64,000 bases of DNA from the human T2T-CHM13v2.0 reference genome, Homo sapiens: NCBI RefSeq assembly GCF_009914755.1, contig NC_060939.1. The stretch is one strand, 5' to 3'. The translations under genes and the position numbers were made by a program. The number at the start of each line of letters is the position of its first letter. Within the stretch, counting starts at the first letter, position 1. Positions 27,950-42,298 of this stretch are shown piece by piece. The notes beneath the pieces were generated by a model that made no database searches, was not told where the DNA came from, and saw nothing but the letters and a program-made list of their open reading frames with translations.

Positions 27950-30900
27950 AGTTTATTTACATTTAAATTTAAATTTTTATGGGTACATAGTAGGTATATA
28001 TGTTTTTGGAGTACATGAGATGCTTTGATACAGGCATGCAATATCATGATGTAATAATCACATCAAGGAAAATTGGGTATCCATCCCCTCAAATATTTAT
28101 CCTTCATGTTACACACAATCCAATTATATATATGCTTTTAGTTATTTTCAAAGTAGTATAATTGTCACCCTGCTGTGCTGGAGTCACCCTGTTGTGCTAT
28201 CAAATACTAGGTCTTATTTATTCTTTCCATTTTTGTGTATCTATTAACCATCCCCTCATCCCCTTCACCACCACCACTATCCTTCTCAGCCTCTGGTAAC
28301 CATCTTTCTACTCTCTATCTCCATGAGTTCAATTATTTTACTATTTAGCTCCCACAAATAAGTGAAAACACGCCAAGTTTATCTTTCTGTAACTGGCTTA
28401 TTATTCTCCAGTTCCATCCCTGTTGTTGCAAATTACTCAATCTCATTATTTTTTATGGCAGAATAATACTCCATTGTGTATATGTATCACATTTTCTTTA
28501 TCAATTCATCTGTTGATGGACACTTAGGTTGCTTCTAAACTTTGCCTATTGTGAATAGTGTTGCAATAAAGATGGGAGTCCAGATACCACTTAGATATCT
28601 TGATTTTCTTTCTTTTGTGTATGTACCTAGCAGTTGGGCTGCTGGATTGCATGGTAGCTTTATTTTTGGTTCTTTGAGGAATCTCCAAACTGTTCTCCAT
28701 AGTGGTTGTATTAATTTATATTCCCACCAATAGTGTATGAGGGTCTTTTCTCCATATTCTTTTCTCCATACCCTCTCTAGCATTGGTTATTGCCTGTCTT
28801 TTGGATAAAAGCCATTTTAACTGGGGTGAAATGATATCTCATTGTACTTTCAATTTGCATTTCATTGATGATTGATGATGTTCAGTTACTTTTCATATGC
28901 CTGTTTGCCATTTGTATGTCTTCCTTTGAGAAATGTCTATTTGGATCTTTTGCCCATTTTTAAAATCAGATTATTAGATTTTTTTGCTATATAGTTGAGC
29001 TCCTTATATATTCTGATTCTCAATCCCTTGTCAGGTGGGTAGTTTGCAAATATTTTCTCCGATTCTATGGGTTGTCCACTTTGCTAATTGATTCCTTTGC
29101 TGAGCAGAAGCTTTTTAACTTAATGTGATCCCATTAGTCCATTTTTACTCTGGTTGACTGTTCTTGTGGAGTGTCACTCAAGATATCTTTGCCCACTTCT
29201 TGGAGAGTTTTCCCAAAGTTTTCATTTAGCAGTTTCATAGTTTGAGGTCTTAGATTTAAGTCTTTAATCAAGTCTTTAATCCATTTTTATTTGTTTTTTT
29301 GTATATGGAGATAAATAGGGGTCTAGTTTCATTCTTCTGCATATGGATATTCAATTTTCCCAGCACCATTTATTGAACAGATTGTTTTTTTTTATTCCCC
29401 AACATATGTTCTTGAAGCCTTTGTTGAAAATGAGATCACTTTCTATGTATGAATTTGTTTCTAGGTTCTCTATTTTGTTCCATTGGTATGTGTGTCTGTT
29501 TTGATTTCAGTACCATACTGTTGTGTTTACTATGGCTATGGCTCTGTAGTATAATTTGCAGTCAGGAAATGGGATTCCTTGAGTTTTGTTCTTTTTGCTC
29601 AGGATGGCTTTGGCCTTTGGCTATTCTGGGTCTTTTGTGGTTCCATATAAATTTTTGGATTCTTTTTAATTTTTTTTGAAGAATGCCATTGGTATTTTGA
29701 TAAGGATTGTATTGAATCTGTAGATAGCTTTGGGTAGTATGGATATTTAACAACATTGATTCTACAAATCCATAAACATGGAATATGTTTCAATTTTTTT
29801 GTATATTTTTCAATTTCTTTCATCAGTGGTTTCTAGTTTTATAGTTTTCTTTGTAGAAATCTTTCACTTCTTTGGTTAAGTTAAATCATAGGTATTTAAT
29901 TTCATTTGTGGCTACTGTAAATTAGATTACCTTTTTATTTCTTTTTCAGATTGTTCACTGTAGGCATAAAGAAATGTTACTGATTTTTGAATGTTGATTT
30001 TGTATCCTGCAACTCTACTAAATTTGTTTATCAGTTCTAATAGTTTCTTGGTGGAGTTTTTAGGTTTTTCCAAGTATAAGATCATTATTAATTGCAAACA
30101 AGGATAATTTGGATTTTTCTTTTAAAATTTGGATGGTCTTTGTGTCTTTCTCTTGTCTGATTGCTCTAGCTAGGACTTCCAATACTATATTGAATAACAG
30201 TGGTGAAAGTGAGCATCTTTTTCTTGTTCTAGATCTTGGAGGAAAGATTTTCACTTTTTCCCTGTTCATTATGATACTATCTGTGGGTCTGTCATATATG
30301 GCTTTTATTATGTTGAGGTACATTCCTTGTATACCCAGTATTTTGAGTGTTTTTATAATATTATGGAGGGATGTTGAATTTTATCAAATACTTTTTTAGC
30401 ATCAGCTGAAATGATCATATGGTTTTTGTTCTTCATTCTGTTGATATGATGTATCACATTGATTGATATGCATATATTGAACCATTTTTGCATGCCTGAG
30501 ATAAATTCCACTTGGTCACAATGAATAACCTTGTTAATGTATTGTTGAATTAAATTTGCTAGTATTTTGAGGGGATTTTTGTATCAACATTCATCAAGAA
30601 CATTGGAATATAGTTTTCTTTTTTGGTGTATTTTCATCTGGTTTTGGTATCAGGGTAACACCGGCCTTGTGGAATGATTTTGGAAGTCTTCTTCTCTATT
30701 CTTTAGAATTGTTTGAGTAGGATTGATATTAGTTCTTCTTTAAATGTTTTATAGAATTCAGCAGTGAAGCTATCCAATCTCAGGCTTTTCTTTACTGGGA
30801 GACTTTTTATTATGGCTTCAATCTCGTTATTTGATATTAGTCTGTTCAAGTTTTGAATTTCTTTATGGCTCAATATTGATAGGTTGTATGTGTCTAGGAA

Positions 30901-32423
30901 TGTATCCTTTTCCTCTAGATTTTCCAATTTAATGGCATGTAGTAGCTCATAGTAGCCACAAATGATCCTTTGGATTTCTGCAGTATCAGTTGTGATGTTG
31001 TCCTTTCATCTCTGATTTTATTTGTTTGGGTCTTCTCTTTTTCCTCATTAGTCTGGCTAAAGGTTTGTCAATGTTGTTTATCTTTTCAAAAAACCAACTT
31101 TTTGCTTCATTGATCTTTTGGGGTTTTTTTCTTCTTTTCAATTTCATTTATTTATGCTCTGGTCTTTATTATTTCTTTTCTTCTACTAATTCGGGGTTTG
31201 GTTTTTTCTTGCTTTTTTAGTTCTTTAAGATGCATCATTAGGTTATCTATTTGAGGTTTTCTTTTTTGATGTAGGTGCTAATAGCTATAAATTTTCCTCT
31301 TAGTACTGCTTTAGCTGTATCCCACAGGTTTTGGTATGTTGTGTGTGTTTCCATCACGATTTGTTTCAAGAAAGTTTTCAATTTCCTTCTTTATTTCCTC
31401 ATTGACTCACTTGTCATTCAGAAGCATATTGTTTAATTTCCGTGTGTATAGTTTCCAGAATTTCTCTTATTGATTTCTAGTTTTATTCCATTATGGTCAG
31501 AGAAGATGCTGGACATTATTTCCATTTTCCTAAATGTTTTAAGACTTGTTTGGTGACCTAACATATGGTCTATCCTTGAGAACGATCCATATGCTGTGTG
31601 GAAGAATGTATATTCTGCAGCAATTGGATGAAATGTTCTGTAAATACCTATTAGCTCTATCTGTTCTATAGTGAAGCTTAAGTTTAATGTTTCTTTGCCA
31701 ATTTTCTGTCTGGAAGATCTAGCCAATGCTGAAGTCTTCAGCTATTATTGTACTCAGGTCTTTCTCTCTTTTTAGCTCTAATAACATTTGCTTTATATAT
31801 TTGGTAGTTCCAGTGTTGGGTGCAAAAATATTTACAATTGTCATATCCTCTTGCTGAATTGACCCCCTTATCATTATATAATGACTTTCTTGGTCTCTTC
31901 TTACAGTTTTTTATCTTGAAATCTATTTTGTCTGGTATAAGTGTAGCTAATCCTGCTCTTCCTTAGTTTCCACTGGCATGGAGTATCTTTTTCTATCCCT
32001 TTATTTTGTCTACGTGTGTCTTTATAGGTGAAGCATGTTTCTTGTAGGCCATAGATCACTGATTTTTTTTTTAAATCCATTCAGGCAATCTATGACTTTC
32101 ATTTGGAGAATTTAGTCCATTTACAGTCAACGTTATTACTGATAAGTAAGGACTTACTCCTTTCATTTTGTTAATTTTTTTTCTGGTTGTTCTGTGGTCT
32201 TCACTTCCTTGTTTTCTTCCCTCCTGTCTTCTTCTTAGCGAAGGTGATTTTCTCTGGTGGTGTGATTTACTTTCTTGATTTTTATTTTTTGTGTATCCAT
32301 TGCATGATTTTTCTTTTTTAATTTGAGGTTACCATGAGGCTTGCAAATACTATTTTATAACTCATTATTTTAAACTGATGACAACACTGATTGCATAAAC
32401 AAACAAAAGGCAAACAAAAAGAA
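27950..32423 (-). mobile_element. L1MA (1-3-like), ~4.5 kb
   Basis: 3' end TGGGTACATAGTAGGTATATAT..GATACAGGCATGCAAT; ORF2 fragments ([54 protein letters not shown]). Confidence 0.95.
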
Positions 32424-32846
32424 AGTGTATGATTTTATACATCTCACTGAGCAACTGTTAGACAAAAAATTAATAAGAATATACATTATTTGGATTATGA
32501 TTTTCAGACTTAACTTTATTTATATAGATAGAAATCTGCATTCAATACCTTATGCATATATAATCTTTTCAAATACACATAAGACGTTTACCAAAATCAC
32601 CATATGCTAAGCCATAAAATAACTCAACAAATTTCTAAGTATTGAAATTTCAGAAAGTATATTCTGTACTCATAGTGTAATTATGCTAAAAGTCAATAGA
32701 GAAAGAAAAGAGGAAAAGCTCTAATATTTGCATATTCATCAGTATACTTCTAAAGAATCTGTGGGTCAAAAAATTTGTGATGCATATGAGTGAATATTTT
32801 CTGCTGAGTGACAATAAAAATGCAACTTTTCAAAAGGAGGGATTCA

Positions 32847-33185
<339 letters not shown>

Positions 33186-33980
33186 TTAAACAGTAGATAA
33201 AGGTAAATGATAGTCTTAAAATTACATATTAGAAAAAAAAGAGTGGCTGAAAATTGTTCATCTAAGTGTCCTCTGAAGAAGTTATAATCAGAAGACTGAA
33301 TTTCCAAAAAAGTGAAAAAAAGAAAGCAATATAAGAACATAACTATATTAACAAAATAGGAAAAAATAGAGAAAAATATTAAACATCTCAATTTTTTAGA
33401 TTGCTGGAATAAAAAGTAAGAAAAAGCTAATTACCAAAATCAGGAATGGGAGAAAGATATTAATGTTAGTAAATATTGAGATATTTATGCCAACGATATT
33501 GATCAGTTATAATTCTTAGTAAATGCCTAGGAAAACATACACAGCTTTGCAAATCTGTTGAAAGAGGAATTACAAGCACTTATATTTAAATATTTATTAA
33601 ATATATTAAATATGTTATTGAAAGCTATCCATCAATTAAAACTCTAGGACAAGGTAGCTTCACCATTAATTTCTGTCAAACACTGAAGGAAAAAATAATA
33701 TCTTATGCAAACTCCTTTAAAGAATATAAAATCATGAAAGGGAAACAATTTGTTTTAAAAAACTAATAACTCTGATACAAAAACAGTAGAACTGAAAAAC
33801 AATTAATGCTATGGTCATGCAGCAAAATACTACACGGCAACTAAAATAAATTACAATGGAAGAATACCACCAACATGATATTTAACTAAAGGCAGGCAGA
33901 AAAATTAGAACACATACTTTGTATTATTCAAAAGGATACATCAAGTATGAGTCTATTTATGTCAAATTTAAAAATAAGCA

Positions 33981-34102
33981 GGCCAGGTGCAGTGGCTCAT
34001 GCCTGCAATCCCAGTTCTTTGGGGTGCCAGGGTGGGAGAATCATTTAAGTCCGAGAATTTGAGACCAGACTGGGCAACCAAGCAAGATCCCCCATCTCTA
34101 AA
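33981..34102 (+). mobile_element. FLAM / Alu left monomer
   Basis: GGCCAGGTGCAGTGGCTCATGCC...CCCCATCTCTA monomer. Confidence 0.88.
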
Positions 34103-34111
34103 CACACACAA

Positions 34112-34143
<32 letters not shown>

Positions 34144-34163
34144 ACACAGCAGCAGCAGCAGCA
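34102..34163. repeat. compound microsatellite (CA)n + (CAG)5 in the monomer tail
   Basis: Directly visible. Confidence 0.95.
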
Positions 34164-34394
34164 TGAATCTATGGTGTTAGTCATTAAGACACTGGTGCTT
34201 TTGGCTAGGAGAGTGAGTTAGTGACTAGGAAAGAACATGAGGAAGCTCTCTCAGGGTATTAATAAAACTTCAATTTTTTATCTGGGTGGTTGTTTCTTGG
34301 AGGTACTCCCCTTGTGAAAAGTCATCCAGCTGCACTGTTATGCTTTCTGCAATTTTCCATATGTGGGTTGTACTTCAATAAATATATTTATTTT

Positions 34395-34697
<303 letters not shown>

Positions 34698-34943
34698 TAA
34701 TAAATATATTTATTTTAAAGTTTACGTATACCAATTTATGAAGCTGAAGGATACTTTTCCCATCTATCAGTAGAAAAAGAAAACTTCAGTCAACCATGGT
34801 AAAGGAAAAATGACTCTACTAGCTCCATGGAAAATTATATGACAAAAGTTTTGACACATGAAAAGCCGGTCAATGATAAGCAACCAAATATATAGGAAAA
34901 CAGCATTAGAGGAGCATGTCAGATTCTTTTTTTAGAAACTTAA

Positions 34944-35222
<279 letters not shown>

Positions 35223-35269
35223 GTCTTAATTAATAAAGCTATTAGGTGATTTTTCTGGAATAGCTCAGC

Positions 35270-35790
35270 ATGCAACATTCAGGATGCTTTTAATTATGCC
35301 TACAGAAAAACAGCTCACACTGGTTGAAACAGTAAAACATGGAAACTATAAGCTCACCTAAGAGGAGGTTCAAGGTGTGAAGACTTAATGTTGTCTGGAC
35401 CCAGAATCTTCCCTTTTCACTGCTTTGCTCTACAAAGAGTTTAATTTCTCCCTAAACCTATATACTGTGATGGCTTGTGATAATAGTTATCAGCCTTGCA
35501 CATGATTTTTTGTATATGTTGGTGATGGAGAGAGGTGAACTAGTGTCCCTTAACTTCTCCAAGAGTGAGGAAGAACTTCTCTCCAGCTTCCAGCAACTCA
35601 TTATCCAGAACTGAATCAAATGTTCAATCTTTAGCTAATTTGGAAATGGAATTAAACTGTCCTTGGAGCAAACAGGCCCACAGCTGAAGGGCTCAGCCTT
35701 CCTAAAGTAAGGGGCTGTACGAGGGTCGGCTGGGTATTTAAAAACAAAATGAAGACGTGTTAAGTGGTGGGATGGGGTAAGGAACAGTGT
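35270..35790 (-). mobile_element. ancient MLT1 (J-O-like) LTR
   Basis: TCAGGATGCTTTT..ACAGAAAAACAGCTCACACTGG..AAAC terminus pattern. Confidence 0.55.
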
Positions 35791-36164
35791 GCTCCTTGGT
35801 AGTCATTGGTGCTCTCTAGAAATATGAATGCAAGATCCATTCAACAATCGCAATCTTAACAACCTCCTCATATTTATGGCTTCTTTGCTAGGATATTTTT
35901 ATTTATTTCTTATCTATTAGGAATTGTGCCTTTAGTATCCTCTGCAATTAAGTATCTTTGACTTAGATTTGTCTAGAATTCCTTTTTATATGCTTTAATA
36001 CCTGCATAAGTATACTGGAATTGTCATTTTAAATTTTCACATGAAACACACTCATTTTTTCTAGTATGCCAGCTTCAATTATGTTTATAGTGTGTTTATT
36101 GCCGGCCTTTGGTTTCTTAATGCCATTTCATTGCAAAATTGAGTACTTTAGCATAAGTCCACTC

Positions 36165-37262
36165 CTCTAGATCAGGTTTACCCAGGACTGGGTAAACCAT
36201 GCGTTTCATTGGTGGGGTTGAGAGCAACACTCAGAGGAGAGACTCGGGATAAAGGTGCCTTGAAATCGGAGACAACAGTAGCAGATAAAGAGGATGTGGA
36301 TTGAGCCTACCTTGTGAACTCAAGATCCTGGTACTTTACATCAACAGGGGTTAATATTCCAAAGTGTGCCTTAGGACTTTGGGGAAGCTTCCTAACTATA
36401 GACCAAGTATCAGTAGGACACAGTTTCTTTAATGTTATCAGTTTGGGAAACCTCGTTTGGGCGTTTGGCTGAAAGAAATGGATATGTGTTAAAAACCTTG
36501 TTACACAACCAGCAGCAGTATAAAGTACACTGATTTTATTTCTTATTTGCAATAGATAGGAAATAACCGAACTTACTGACTTTCCTCCTGTTACAGACTG
36601 TTGTCATCATTCTGTCAATTTTCAGTAATCAAAGACATATGTACACACACACTAATACATATGCACATATAAATGCACACACACACACAAAGGAAATTGG
36701 AGATACTAAACCAAGGTTTAAAACAGATGTATTTTGTCTCAAAATGTCCATTTTTATAAAATAATTCGCAACATTATTTAAATTATAAATTTCTCTATGA
36801 ATCTAAAATAGAATTTTATTTACATGTAAAATCAGTATTTATGGAATTAATGTTCCATACCAAAAAAATTAACATTTTCACAATAGGATAAAAGCAGATA
36901 AACAAATTATTCTAGAAATGGTTCTCATTTGGCCTTGTCTGAAAATTGTTGAAGAAAACAGATTTTATTTTTGAACTATTGTTTCCAACACAGCCTGTGC
37001 TGTCTGGGAATGTGATGTTGAGTCACTTGCAAAGGTTCAAAGAGATCTCTAAATTTCCACACACATAAAAATGGCAAAGACTATATTATATACACTTTTG
37101 CACAAACTAATAAAGATTACTAAGGCTAGATCTGCTCATACAAAGTGTGGAATTTAAGCCTGAAATTAGATGACAACTTTTAAAATGAGAACCTGTTGCC
37201 TTCCTGAGCTGCCGTGGAGAAGGACGACATAGACACCAGGACTGGGTAAACCTGATCTAGAG
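36165..37262. repeat. 21-bp perfect inverted repeat plus 17-bp direct repeat ~1.07 kb apart
   Basis: 36165-36185 is the reverse complement of 37242-37262; CCAGGACTGGGTAAACC occurs at 36182-36198 and 37236-37252. Confidence 0.97.
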
Positions 37263-37350
37263 CTTGGATCTGCCAATGTATTCACTGTGTGAGTCCGGGA
37301 AAGTTACTTCACCTCTCTTTGCTTCCGTTTTCTCTTTCAGTGAATGGAGA
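37215..37350 (+). mobile_element. MIR
   Basis: TCTGCCA..CTGTGTGA..GGGAAAGTTACTTCACCTCTCT..CTTCCGTTTTCTC core. Confidence 0.8.
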
Positions 37351-37899
37351 TCGTTTGGCGAATTGAATCAGGTCCTCAAGTTTCATCGCCATTGACTACT
37401 GAAGGTGTGATTTGCAGCAAGCTCCTTTACTTTCCCTATGGTTTTCCCTGCTACAAAATGCGGCAATTCTTAACTCACAGAATTCTTGAGATGATTAAAT
37501 AGGATATGTATGGTTCTGAGTGCAGAATATCGAACACAGAGGCCTTTGATAGTAACAAGAGGCTTCTACTCTGTGTTAGGAACTATTTCACGGACTGGCA
37601 ATACCTAGATGAATAAAAACCAGCACAGCCTCTGACTTCAAAGAACCCACTAAAGTTGAGATGCCCTAGGGATTAAATAAGACAGTGTCCCTAAAGCTAT
37701 CTAGCGTATGTGAGCACTCAATACACGTTATTAATACTTTTTCCTTTTATGATTGGTTTGATGGACTTAGAGTCCTGACTCTCAAAGGCTCCAGCTGGAG
37801 ATGTTTAATGAATAAGAGACCTAAATATGTAATTTTCACATCTTAAGATTTGTCATCAATTTTTAAAATTGTTGCAGCGTGTGTAGTTCTTACTTTTAA

Positions 37900-38060
37900 T
37901 ACTAATAATCTTTTTCTGGGTATCTATTAATATGTAGAAAGCTTCACTTCCACCACATCGCATAATGCTTTCCACCGCCTTATAAGGGTATAATATTCCC
38001 ATTTTCCTAATGACTTAAAGTGGCTCAAAGAGGTTAGGTGACATGCCAAAGTTCAGGTAA
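37900..38060 (-). mobile_element. MIR
   Basis: ATTCCCATTTT..GGCTCAAAGAGGTTAGGTGACATGCCAAAG. Confidence 0.7.
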
Positions 38061-38549
38061 GCATGAGTGTGTGCACACACATACACACACCACACACACA
38101 CTCTGCTTGGAGCTGTGCCCCCTCCATGCCCAGGTGGGAGCTGCCTGGTGCACCGCACCTTAGGAGAAGCCGAATTTGGTGGCACTTCATTCTGTCAGAC
38201 AATTAAGGCGACAGAGAGGAGCAGCCCGAAAACTGTAAGGCCACGGTTAAGGAAGGGGACAGCTGCTTCACCTGCCCATCTCGCAGCTGGGTTTGGGAGT
38301 GACTCGGTGCAAGGTAGTGACTGCACTGCCCAGAGGTTAGAAAGAGCGATGCTCTCCAAGGCTTCCCATGCGCGTAATTGTGTTGGAAGAGCTAGCGTGT
38401 TCATGCTGGATGTGGTGATAATAACAGTAACAGCAGCAACAGCAATAATAATACTGTCCTATCTTTTTTTTTTTTTTTTTTTCAGAAAAGATAGCCTAAA
38501 AGGGTTAAGAATCCCAGCAAGACACAACATAGATGGGCTGAAAACTCGT

Positions 38550-39070
38550 GGCAGGATGGAAGGGTATAAAGACGCCGGGGAAGTGGCTGGGGAATAATAA
38601 AATAAGAGGGAAGCTAAACCAGTGACCCTTGTCGGCAGTGAAAAGCGGGAGATTAGAAAATGTTTCATGCTAATTTCCATGGAGATTTCTTTAATTTAGC
38701 GAAGACTGCTTCCCGGGCTCCGCCTGGCCCGCGCCGGCCCGCGTCCTCGGTGGTCTGGGCGCCCCGGCTGAGCCGCTAGCGGGTCACTCGGGCGGCTCCG
38801 ACGTCTCTATCAGCCGCGCCCGCGCCGCCCGCCTCCCCGCGCTGCTGCCCGGCTCTCGGGCTCTCGCTTTTTTTTTTTTTTTTCTTTCCGCGGCAGTCTT
38901 AGGATTCTTGTCACATGATGGCTTCATCGGGCCCTTCTCCTCCTGATCCTTTCAAGCTCTTTCTCCTGCCTGGCATATCAAAGGAGATTTGTGGGTCACC
39001 GAGCCGGGACGCAGCATATAAAGTCATCAGCCTGGCCGGCACCACCTCGATCATTTGCCGCATTGTTCTT
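38550..39070. promoter_or_regulatory. small orphan CpG island (promoter/enhancer-like)
   Basis: Dense CpG/GC core at ~38700-38895 in an AT-rich background; GC boxes (CCGCCC), TATAAA 38565-38570, ATGCTAAT 38667-38674, GTCACATGAT 38910-38919, ATCAAAG 38977-38983, CATATAAA 39015-39022. Confidence 0.85.
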
Positions 39071-42000
39071 GCAAGGAGCCCAGGATGGCTGTGGCTTTTT
39101 AATAACTAGCTTAGTAGTTAGCCGAAAAATCTTAGTTTTTAAAAATACAAAAAAAAAAAAAAAAAAAAAGAGACAGTCTGATAGTTTATTCGTTTTTCCA
39201 TACACTCTTAATTGAAACTCAGTAGCAGCCTAAGATAAAGCAACACATCCGATGAATTAAAATGTTTCACAGAATCTTTATTACTTAGCGTTATTATTGT
39301 TCTAGAATGAAATGAACAATTTAAATACGGAACCCGCTTGCTAATTCAACAACGAGGTTACAAACTGCACTTTTTAAATACATATTGTACGCTTATGTGA
39401 GCACAAGCCTTTTAGAGAATAACTGTTTTAAGTTTACCGCGTAATTGAAACTCCAACAACTTCACCATCATAGGGAAGTACGTTTTAAGTGGAAGGTTTC
39501 TGCAGTGTATATGGAGGTGGATGCCTGCGTGGTTATGTGTGTATATACAGTATAACATAGTCTCCAAAATCAGCCCCAGAGATAGGCTCCGTATTTCAAC
39601 TCGTTTCCAGGTAAAGATTGCTTTTGTTTGCAGAATTATGTAGGACAGATCAGAAGATTGCCTCTTCCTGCTTCCTCACTGAGTTTCCACCTGCTTCATC
39701 TACTTTTCTTAATTCCTACCGAAGCTGCAACTAAGGCCTGAGGCACTGGCTTCAGTGAAAATTTTATTGGAGTAAAACTCTTCTGCCAAGTCATTTTTGA
39801 TCAAAGATATTTCCGTAGCTGTTGCTGCTCCTACAGTCTGAATTCTCTTCTCTACTTTTTCTCTTGTGCTTTACTTTAGACCTTCTGGCTGCATTTCCAG
39901 AGCGTTACTGTTATGTTGCCTTACCTTTTTACAGGCATAACTTTTATTAATTTGCCTTAGTTAGTTACAGCCTGAAAGGTCAGGGCAAGTTTCTTTGGCA
40001 TTAGTTATCTAGCATAAAATTTGCCTATAAAAAAGGAAGTGTCCCCTTGAAACCTTGCCTCATGATAAGACATAAATTCCTAATCACTGTGATGTGTTTG
40101 GGGAAGGAATGTGGGAGTCCTGCATTAAAATTTAAAATAAGATTTTGTCTTCAATCCTTACAATTCATGTGACCATCTAAGTGTAGCAAATACATAAATT
40201 GTGTGCCTTACACAATATCAAAAATATAACATGGTTTATGTACATAAGTAAATTCACAAGTACTCTATTTAGCTAAAGAAAAGTTATTGAGGCCCTTTTC
40301 TAGAACTTTACCATTTCAATAATTAGAAGTAATTCAGAGTCGCCATGGCTATTATATGTTCATTCCACTGTTTCCTACTTCCATACCCATAACAGACATT
40401 GAAGGAAAATCCTACTCTAGGTCACACTTAGCCTCAACAGTTCATCCCACCCACCCTCCAGAGGGCCAGCGCCAATCTACCGTACAAATGCTATTGACCA
40501 TCCCTGATCAAGAGTAGCAAGCATATTTTGTGGTTGTGAACTACTAAAGTCACCTCTTACGACTAGTTCTTGAATATTTAGAATGTAAAATTTTTATTCA
40601 GTGTCCCCTATGACAGGTTCATTTTACATTTTTTTTCCAACCCGAGTGATTTTGGACAGATGTTTGACTCTTATTTTGATATTCCATTGTGAGAATATCC
40701 TGGACTTCATTCATGAAATATAGAGACCTTTTGGATAACTCATTGAATACTATCAACTGAAGTTCGATTTTGAAAATGAGAAAAAAACATATAATATTTA
40801 CAAATAGCTGCCATGTTCATTAGCTGATGATAATTGATAATGCTATCATACCTGTATATCTCCACAGTGAAAATCTGTGATCCATAATCAATTAAAATAT
40901 TTTTATGAGTATATAAAAATCCTTTTTAGCTAACAGAACATGGACAGGCTATTAAGGAGTTTTTCTTTCTTTTCTATTTCTAATATACATACATTTTCTA
41001 TGTCAGATTTTTACAGTGAGGCACGGAGTCTGTGGTAGATATATTCATCTGGAGATGAAACATACTTAGACTGACAGGATTTGGGATTTGGTAATCCCTC
41101 AATCATATAAGTGAACATGGGTCACTTCTGTAAAAATAAAACCTTAGCTGGCATATTGGGGAAAAATACCTGACTTATTTTTTTATTTGTTTTACTTTGT
41201 TCTCATTAAGCTCCTACATTTAATATACAATGTAGTCTCTCATATTCATCTTTCTTTGTCACCCCCTCAAAATTTGAGATTATTCTTGCTTTTAATTCTG
41301 GGCTTAATGACAATGCATTCCCACAGGATCAAATACCATCATCCAGAGTTAAAGTTACGAGGGATGGTAAGCATTATATCATTAATTTCATAAATATGCA
41401 ATAGTAAAATGAAGTGTTAGCCGGTGCTGTCAGCATTCAGCAAATTCCTTCGTGTATGCTCAAATACATTAACTGACCATGTGCCTGGGATATTAGATAT
41501 TCACACTTTGTAAGAAGATTTTCCAAAAGTGATTTTGCCCCCTTTGTTTAAGGGTTGTATGGATTGTCAAGATAGGAAATGAGAAAGGGGGATTGTATAT
41601 CACATCTTAGTGTCCAAACCAGACATGTCACTGCTTTTCGCTGTCGGTGTTTCCCAAGAAATGTTCTTAGTGGACTCAGAATCCTTATGACACACTTTTA
41701 TTCTTATGTTAATACTGATGAGAGCTGAAGTATAAGCCAGGGCCTATTTATGAGCGTCTTAACACAGATAATATGACCAAAATAATCTCAGTATTCAAAC
41801 GAAATGTTAGGATCTTTACCCGACTTGCCTTATTTGGCTAATCCTATTTTTAACTATTTTAATAATCTGTAAAGTTGTCATTGATTAACTTTGATCGTAT
41901 CTGAAGTCTTCCTTGCTTATGTGTTTTTTTTTTTTTTTTGAAAAAAAAAAAGATTAAAAACAATAAATACCTTGGCCTAAGATGCCGGAGGTACTGGGAG

Positions 42001-42298
42001 AAACAACAGTAGAAAGTACAAAACAAAGAGTAGAGACATTGCTGTTTGAAAGAATTTTGCAAATCTCAGTACATGCATGTGTTTTTTTAATCCCTTCTCT
42101 CATTACTAATTTCCTCTGGCTCTACCTCCTCATCCACTGAAAAAAATTTCCTGAAAATTGAGTGAGAATGATACGCCAATACCCAGGAATGTCACAAGGA
42201 ACTCACATTTTAACTTCTTTCAGAACCCAAGAATGGGTAGTCATTTATTTTATTTAGGGTTCTGAGAAGAGATCCTGCCCCAAATCTTGTTTCTAGGC

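Noticed and set aside
41711-41815. CTGATGA...CGAAA hammerhead-like cores, and a box C/box D pair (TGATGA-GAG-CTGA) in a short stem
   Set aside because: Stems II and III of a hammerhead cannot be formed; boxes C and D are only 3 nt apart with no guide region, so not a snoRNA. Likely chance.
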